Below are positions 58,030 through 64,000 of a stretch of DNA of 64,000 bases, one piece after another. A model generated the notes under the pieces. That model searched no databases. It was not told the DNA's origin and saw only the letters and a list, made by a program, of their open reading frames with translations. Origin of the DNA: Escherichia coli (GTDB lineage: Bacteria > Pseudomonadota > Gammaproteobacteria > Enterobacterales > Enterobacteriaceae); NCBI RefSeq assembly GCF_003018235.1, contig NZ_CP027437.1; one strand, 5' to 3'. Each line of letters starts with the position of its first letter. Position 1 is the first letter of the stretch. Both the position numbers and the translations under genes were made by a program.

Positions 58030-58510
58030 AGAGATAGCAGGTTTCCAGACCTCCCCGAAGGCGCAAGTACAGGCAGCTTTTGAAGAAATTGCCCGGCGTT
58101 CGATGCATGATCTCTCTTTTCTGCATCCTTCAATGCCGGTGTATGTTTCTGACTTTACGCTGTTCGAAGGTCAGTGGACGGGGTGTGTGATCACCCCGTG
58201 GATGCTGAGTGCAGTTATCTTCCCCGGCCCGGATCAACTCTGGCCGCTGCGCAAAGTGAGTGAAAAAATTGGTCTGCAACTGCCGTATGGCACCATGACC
58301 TTTACCGTTGGCGAACTGGACGGTGTTTCGCAATACCTCTCCTGCTCGCTGATGTCGCCGCTTTCGCACAGCATGTCGATTGAAGAGGGCCAACGCCTGA
58401 CGGATGACTGCGCACGAATGATCCTTTCGCTGCCAGTCACGAATCCGGATGTACCACACGCAGGGCGTCGCGCCCTGCTGTTTGGCCGCAGGAGTGGCGA
58501 AAATGCATGA
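58022..58510 (+). CDS. hybE: HybE, hydrogenase 2 chaperone
   Basis: 162 aa from MTEEIAGFQTSPKAQ... Confidence 0.85.
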   Translation: MTEEIAGFQTSPKAQVQAAFEEIARRSMHDLSFLHPSMPVYVSDFTLFEGQWTGCVITPWMLSAVIFPGPDQLWPLRKVSEKIGLQLPYGTMTFTVGELDGVSQYLSCSLMSPLSHSMSIEEGQRLTDDCARMILSLPVTNPDVPHAGRRALLFGRRSGENA

Positions 58511-58844
58511 GTTGTCGCTTTGCCAGAGCGCCGTTGAAATTATCCAACGGCAGGCGGAGCAGCACGATGTTAAGCGCGTCACCGCCGTGTGGCTGGAAAT
58601 TGGCGCGCTCTCCTGCGTTGAGGAGAGCGCCGTCCGTTTTAGTTTTGAAATTGTCTGCCACGGAACGGTGGCGCAAGGGTGCGATTTACATATCGTCTAT
58701 AAACCCGCCCAGGCCTGGTGCTGGGATTGCAGCCAGGTGGTGGAGATTCATCAGCACGATGCGCAGTGTCCGCTCTGTCATGGCGAGCGGTTGCGTGTCG
58801 ATACCGGCGATTCGCTGATCGTCAAAAGTATTGAAGTTGAATAA
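58503..58844 (+). CDS. hybF: HybF, HypA-like nickel insertion protein
   Basis: 113 aa from MHELSLCQSAVEII... with CxxC...CxxC zinc motif. Confidence 0.9.
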   Translation: MHELSLCQSAVEIIQRQAEQHDVKRVTAVWLEIGALSCVEESAVRFSFEIVCHGTVAQGCDLHIVYKPAQAWCWDCSQVVEIHQHDAQCPLCHGERLRVDTGDSLIVKSIEVE

Positions 58845-58856
58845 CCGGAGTTAACA

Positions 58857-59105
58857 ATGTGTATTGGCGTTCCAGGCCAGGTGCTGGCTGTCGGTGAAGA
58901 TATTCACCAGCTTGCGCAGGTTGAAGTATGTGGTATCAAGCGCGACGTGAATATCGCCCTGATTTGTGAAGGTAACCCTGCCGATCTGCTGGGCCAGTGG
59001 GTGCTGGTACACGTCGGATTTGCCATGAGCATCATCGACGAAGATGAAGCCAAAGCCACATTAGACGCGCTGCGCCAAATGGATTACGACATTACCAGCG
59101 CGTGA
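58857..59105 (+). CDS. hybG: HybG, HypC-like hydrogenase maturation factor
   Basis: 82-aa ORF beginning MCIGVPGQV. Confidence 0.9.
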
Positions 59106-59173
59106 TGATTAAAGCCGGATGCGGCGTAAATTGAACTGCACCCCAAATGTTGGACACAATCTGACATCTGAAG

Positions 59174-59704
59174 GTGCAGTTTATGAAACATTCATTTGAA
59201 GTAAAACTTGCCGCTGTAAATCATTACCTGGCCGGTCATGCAGGCATCATTTCTACGGCAAAACTCTTTCAACTTTCTCACACCAGCCTCTCACACTGGA
59301 TTAATCTTTTTCTTCTTCACGGTCCTCAGGCACTGGATTGCAGACACAAGCGTAGCTATTCTCCTGAAGATAAACTTTGCGTGGTTCTTTATGCTCTCGG
59401 GCATTCTGAGTCTCTACCCCGGGTAGCTGCCCGGTTTAACATTCCCAGCCACAACACGGTTAAAAACTGGATAAAAGGCTACCGCAAATCTGGTAATGAG
59501 GCCTTTATCAGGCGCAGGAAGGAGAAAAGCATGACCCGTTCTGATGATACCCATGAAAACGAGGCAAACATGACGCCGGAAGAGATGAAGAATGAGCTGC
59601 GTTATCTTCGCGCAGAAAATGCATATCTGAAAGCCATGCAGGAGCATCTCCTGGAAAAAAAGCGCCAGGAGCTGGAGAAAAAACGAAAGTCATCCGGAGC
59701 CTGA
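59174..59704 (+). CDS. IS3-family transposase OrfA (HTH / leucine-zipper part)
   Basis: 176-aa ORF, GTG start; contains slippery heptamer A_AAA_AAG at 59656-59662. Confidence 0.85.
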   Translation: MQFMKHSFEVKLAAVNHYLAGHAGIISTAKLFQLSHTSLSHWINLFLLHGPQALDCRHKRSYSPEDKLCVVLYALGHSESLPRVAARFNIPSHNTVKNWIKGYRKSGNEAFIRRRKEKSMTRSDDTHENEANMTPEEMKNELRYLRAENAYLKAMQEHLLEKKRQELEKKRKSSGA

Positions 59705-59808
59705 GGTGCGGACACTGCCAGTCTGACCTGTTAAAGGCTGCAGGGCTGGCCAGAAGCACGCTGTACTACCAGCTGTCACTGCAGAAGGCTAAGGACAAGT
59801 ATGCTGAT

Positions 59809-60563
<755 letters not shown>

Positions 60564-60610
60564 AAATGCTTTATCCGGCTACATAGCGATAAGCCTGCCA
60601 ATGTTGCGAC

Positions 60611-61477
60611 TTACCCCTGACGCTTATCTTCCGTATTCGTCTCGAAATCACTGGCGTCATGGCGTTCATGCAACTGCTCGTTCAGCGGTCCGTTGGTGCG
60701 GTTAACAATACGCCCACGCTTCACCGCCGGACGTTCGCCCACTTCTTTCGCCCAGCGTTGTACGTGTTTATAACTACCTGCATCAAGAAACTCTGCGGCA
60801 TCATACACGCCGCCTAACACCACGTTGCCAAACCACGGCCAAATCGCCATATCCGCAATGGTGTACTCATCGCCCGCAACAAACTTATGCTGCGCCAGTT
60901 GCTTATCCAGCACGTCGAGCAGGCGCTTGGCTTCCATAGTAAAGCGGTTGATGGCGTACTCAATTTTCACCGGCGCGTAATGGTAAAAGTGACCAAAACC
61001 ACCGCCGAGGAACGGCGCGGCACCCTGTAACCAGAACAGCCAGTTCAGCGTTTCAGTCCGTTTTGCCAGATCCTGCGGCAGGAAGTAGCCAAATTTCTCC
61101 GCCAGATAAAGCAGAATCGATCCAGACTCAAACACGCGGATCGGCGGAGTATGGGTATGGTCGCGCAGCGCCGGGATCTTCGAGTTTGGGTTCACTTCGA
61201 CAAAGCCGCTGGAGAATTGATCGCCATCGCCAATACGAATCAGCCAGGCGTCGTACTCTGCACCAGTAACGCCCAGCGCCAGCAGCTCCTCAAGCATAAT
61301 CGTTACTTTCTGACCGTTCGGCGTTCCCAGTGAATAGAGTTGCAGCGGATGTTTGCCCACCGGCAGCGTTTTTTCATGCGTCGGACCAGAAACCGGGCGA
61401 TTGATATTGGCGAACGCGCCGCCAGCGGATTTATCCCACGTCCAGACTTTCGCGGGCTGATAAGTATTGTCTGTCAT
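60611..61477 (-). CDS. yghU: YghU, Nu-class glutathione S-transferase-like protein
   Basis: 288 aa from MTDNTYQPAKVWTWD...; start at internal Met of the longer ORF. Confidence 0.85.
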   Translation of the reverse strand: MTDNTYQPAKVWTWDKSAGGAFANINRPVSGPTHEKTLPVGKHPLQLYSLGTPNGQKVTIMLEELLALGVTGAEYDAWLIRIGDGDQFSSGFVEVNPNSKIPALRDHTHTPPIRVFESGSILLYLAEKFGYFLPQDLAKRTETLNWLFWLQGAAPFLGGGFGHFYHYAPVKIEYAINRFTMEAKRLLDVLDKQLAQHKFVAGDEYTIADMAIWPWFGNVVLGGVYDAAEFLDAGSYKHVQRWAKEVGERPAVKRGRIVNRTNGPLNEQLHERHDASDFETNTEDKRQG

Positions 61478-61681
61478 AGTGAGTTGCCTTCTCAGTGGTA
61501 GTGTTGAAGCAGTGTAGCAGGTCACTTGCTGTACAGAATGTGAATTTTTTAACCCTTTGCGCCAGCCGCTGCGATGAGGTGTATGATTAGTCTGACCTCT
61601 GTCCGGTTAATGTCGCTGAGCAGGTAATCAGAGCACAACAATTACGCCAACTGCTTAGGTTGTATTGTTAAAGGTAAAGTG

Positions 61682-63541
61682 ATGAGCAAAGGAACGACCA
61701 GCCAGGATGCCCCGTTCGGGACATTATTGGGCTACGCCCCAGGTGGGGTAGCAATCTACTCTTCAGATTACAGTTCTCTCGATCCGCAGGAATACGAAGA
61801 TGACGCCGTATTCCGTAGCTATATCGACGACGAATATATGGGCCACAAATGGCAATGCGTTGAATTTGCTCGCCGTTTTCTCTTTCTGAATTACGGTGTG
61901 GTCTTCACTGACGTGGGTATGGCGTGGGAGATTTTCTCGCTGCGCTTCCTGCGTGAAGTGGTTAATGACAACATCCTGCCATTGCAGGCATTTCCTAATG
62001 GCTCGCCGCGTGCACCGGTCGCGGGCGCGCTTCTTATCTGGGATAAAGGCGGTGAATTTAAAGACACTGGCCATGTCGCCATCATTACCCAATTGCATGG
62101 CAACAAAGTCCGTATTGCGGAACAGAACGTGATTCATTCCCCGTTACCGCAAGGGCAACAGTGGACACGCGAGCTGGAGATGGTGGTCGAAAACGGCTGC
62201 TATACCCTTAAAGACACGTTTGATGACACCACCATTCTCGGCTGGATGATCCAGACGGAAGATACTGAATACAGCTTACCGCAGCCGGAAATTGCAGGCG
62301 AGCTGCTGAAAATCAGCGGAGCGCGCCTGGAAAACAAAGGTCAGTTTGACGGTAAATGGCTGGATGAAAAAGATCCGCTACAAAACGCCTATGTGCAGGC
62401 CAACGGTCAGGTGATCAATCAGGATCCGTATCATTACTACACCATTACCGAGAGTGCCGAGCAGGAGCTGATTAAAGCCACCAACGAGCTGCACCTGATG
62501 TATCTTCACGCCACCGACAAGGTGCTGAAAGATGACAACCTGCTGGCGCTGTTCGACATCCCAAAAATCCTCTGGCCACGTTTGCGTCTCTCCTGGCAGC
62601 GTCGCCGTCACCATATGATCACCGGTCGTATGGATTTCTGTATGGACGAACGTGGCCTGAAGGTCTACGAATACAACGCCGATTCCGCCTCCTGTCATAC
62701 CGAAGCGGGCTTGATCCTCGAACGTTGGGCGGAGCAGGGCTATAAAGGCAACGGCTTCAATCCGGCGGAAGGGCTGATTAACGAACTGGCTGGTGCCTGG
62801 AAACACAGTCGTGCACGTCCGTTTGTCCATATCATGCAGGACAAAGATATCGAGGAAAACTATCACGCGCAGTTTATGGAGCAGGCGCTGCACCAGGCGG
62901 GCTTTGAAACGCGTATCTTGCGCGGGCTGGATGAACTGGGCTGGGATGCTGCCGGGCAACTGATTGATGGGGAAGGGCGACTGGTTAACTGCGTGTGGAA
63001 AACCTGGGCGTGGGAAACCGCGTTTGATCAGATTCGTGAAGTTAGCGACCGTGAGTTTGCTGCGGTGCCGATCCGTACCGGTCATCCGCAAAATGAAGTG
63101 CGTCTTATCGACGTATTGCTGCGCCCGGAAGTGCTGGTCTTTGAACCTCTGTGGACAGTGATCCCCGGCAACAAAGCGATTCTGCCGATCCTCTGGTCGC
63201 TGTTCCCGCACCATCGTTACCTGCTGGATACCGATTTCACTGTTAATGATGAACTGGTAAAAACAGGTTACGCAGTGAAACCGATCGCCGGTCGCTGTGG
63301 CAGTAACATCGACCTCGTCAGCCATCATGAAGAGGTGCTGGACAAAACCAGCGGTAAATTTGCCGAGCAGAAAAACATCTATCAGCAACTGTGGTGTTTG
63401 CCGAAAGTGGACGGTAAATACATTCAGGTATGTACCTTCACCGTTGGCGGCAACTACGGTGGGACGTGTTTGCGCGGTGATGAATCACTGGTCATTAAAA
63501 AAGAGAGTGATATTGAACCGTTAATTGTGGTGAAAGAGTAA
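61682..63541 (+). CDS. gss: Gss (Gsp), bifunctional glutathionylspermidine synthetase/amidase
   Basis: 619 aa from MSKGTTSQDAPFG...; CHAP amidase plus ATP-grasp synthetase. Confidence 0.9.
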   Translation: MSKGTTSQDAPFGTLLGYAPGGVAIYSSDYSSLDPQEYEDDAVFRSYIDDEYMGHKWQCVEFARRFLFLNYGVVFTDVGMAWEIFSLRFLREVVNDNILPLQAFPNGSPRAPVAGALLIWDKGGEFKDTGHVAIITQLHGNKVRIAEQNVIHSPLPQGQQWTRELEMVVENGCYTLKDTFDDTTILGWMIQTEDTEYSLPQPEIAGELLKISGARLENKGQFDGKWLDEKDPLQNAYVQANGQVINQDPYHYYTITESAEQELIKATNELHLMYLHATDKVLKDDNLLALFDIPKILWPRLRLSWQRRRHHMITGRMDFCMDERGLKVYEYNADSASCHTEAGLILERWAEQGYKGNGFNPAEGLINELAGAWKHSRARPFVHIMQDKDIEENYHAQFMEQALHQAGFETRILRGLDELGWDAAGQLIDGEGRLVNCVWKTWAWETAFDQIREVSDREFAAVPIRTGHPQNEVRLIDVLLRPEVLVFEPLWTVIPGNKAILPILWSLFPHHRYLLDTDFTVNDELVKTGYAVKPIAGRCGSNIDLVSHHEEVLDKTSGKFAEQKNIYQQLWCLPKVDGKYIQVCTFTVGGNYGGTCLRGDESLVIKKESDIEPLIVVKE

Positions 63542-63556
63542 TACATGTTGTAGCAA

Positions 63557-63590
63557 CCCTGCACTGATTATGAAGAATAATCAGTGCAGG
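63557..63590. terminator. Hairpin downstream of gss (terminator or REP-like)
   Basis: 14-bp stem CCCTGCACTGATTA / TAATCAGTGCAGGG; no clear T-run. Confidence 0.35.
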
Positions 63591-63832
63591 GATTAATCAA
63601 AATATTCAATATTTATATATTCCAATATTTATTCATTTCATATGTGAATGTATTAACCAGTGGAATACCTGTGTTTTGATTATTTCTAAAGGTTTTGAAT
63701 GAATGCTTATTATCTGATACACAAGAAATAACACTCTTTTTATCGTTAAAAAATGATATTTCACTTTGCCCACGCCGTTAAAGTCACTGATAATGCGTCC
63801 GTTCGTAAATTCAAAATGGCGTAATCTAATAT

Positions 63833-64000
63833 ATGCTAAATTTATTTGTTGGCCTTGATATATACACAGGGTTTTTGTTATTACTTGCTCTGGCATTTGT
63901 GTTGTTCTACGAAGCAATCAATGGTTTTCATGACACGGCGAATGCGGTGGCAACCGTTATTTATACTCGTGCCATGCAGCCACAGCTTGCCGTGGTGATG
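63833..64000 (+). CDS. pitB: PitB, low-affinity phosphate transporter, N-terminal part; 3' end outside window
   Basis: Translation [56 protein letters not shown] matches the PitA/PitB N-terminus. Confidence 0.8.
   Translation, partial: MLNLFVGLDIYTGFLLLLALAFVLFYEAINGFHDTANAVATVIYTRAMQPQLAVVM

Noticed and set aside
62378-63388. 336-aa minus-strand ORF inside gss
   Set aside because: Antisense to gss; low-complexity translation.
63633-63917. 94-aa minus-strand ORF upstream of pitB
   Set aside because: Lies in the AT-rich pitB promoter region and overlaps the pitB start; no RBS; likely non-coding.

Overview
This window reads as Escherichia coli chromosome, collinear (in reverse orientation) with the K-12 hldE-yqiK ... 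hybOABCDEFG-yghU-gss-pitB region. Gene identities come from reading the supplied translations against remembered E. coli proteins; no database search was run. Most of the window is ordinary core: ribB with its FMN riboswitch, zupT, tolC-ygiBC, nudF-yqiB-cpdA-yqiA-parE, mdaB-ygiN, qseBC, ygiW, ygiV, ygiS, parC, plsC, ftsP, ygiQ, dkgA-yqhD/yqhC, metC, exbBD, gpr, and the complete hydrogenase-2 operon. The accessory content, relative to my memory of K-12, is: (1) a ~7.2 kb island between convergent parE and ygiN carrying a TonB-dependent receptor, a divergent siderophore-type ABC importer and an RpiR/SIS-family regulator, which is the best candidate for a poorly characterised system; (2) the assT-dsbL-dsbI arylsulfate sulfotransferase cluster between ygiD and ygiC, behind a ~480 bp AT-rich region; (3) a 1432 bp IS3-family element inserted in the centre of a REP palindrome between hybG and yghU, with a 4-bp AAAT target duplication and an A_AAA_AAG -1 frameshift site; (4) a single Sib/Ibs type I toxin-antitoxin repeat in the hldE-yqiK spacer; (5) apparent absence of mqsRA (between ygiV and ygiS) and of the yqi fimbrial operon (between ubiK and glgS), and an intact yghX. 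No CRISPR array or rRNA/tRNA gene was seen. The content suggests an ExPEC/B2-like strain rather than K-12.
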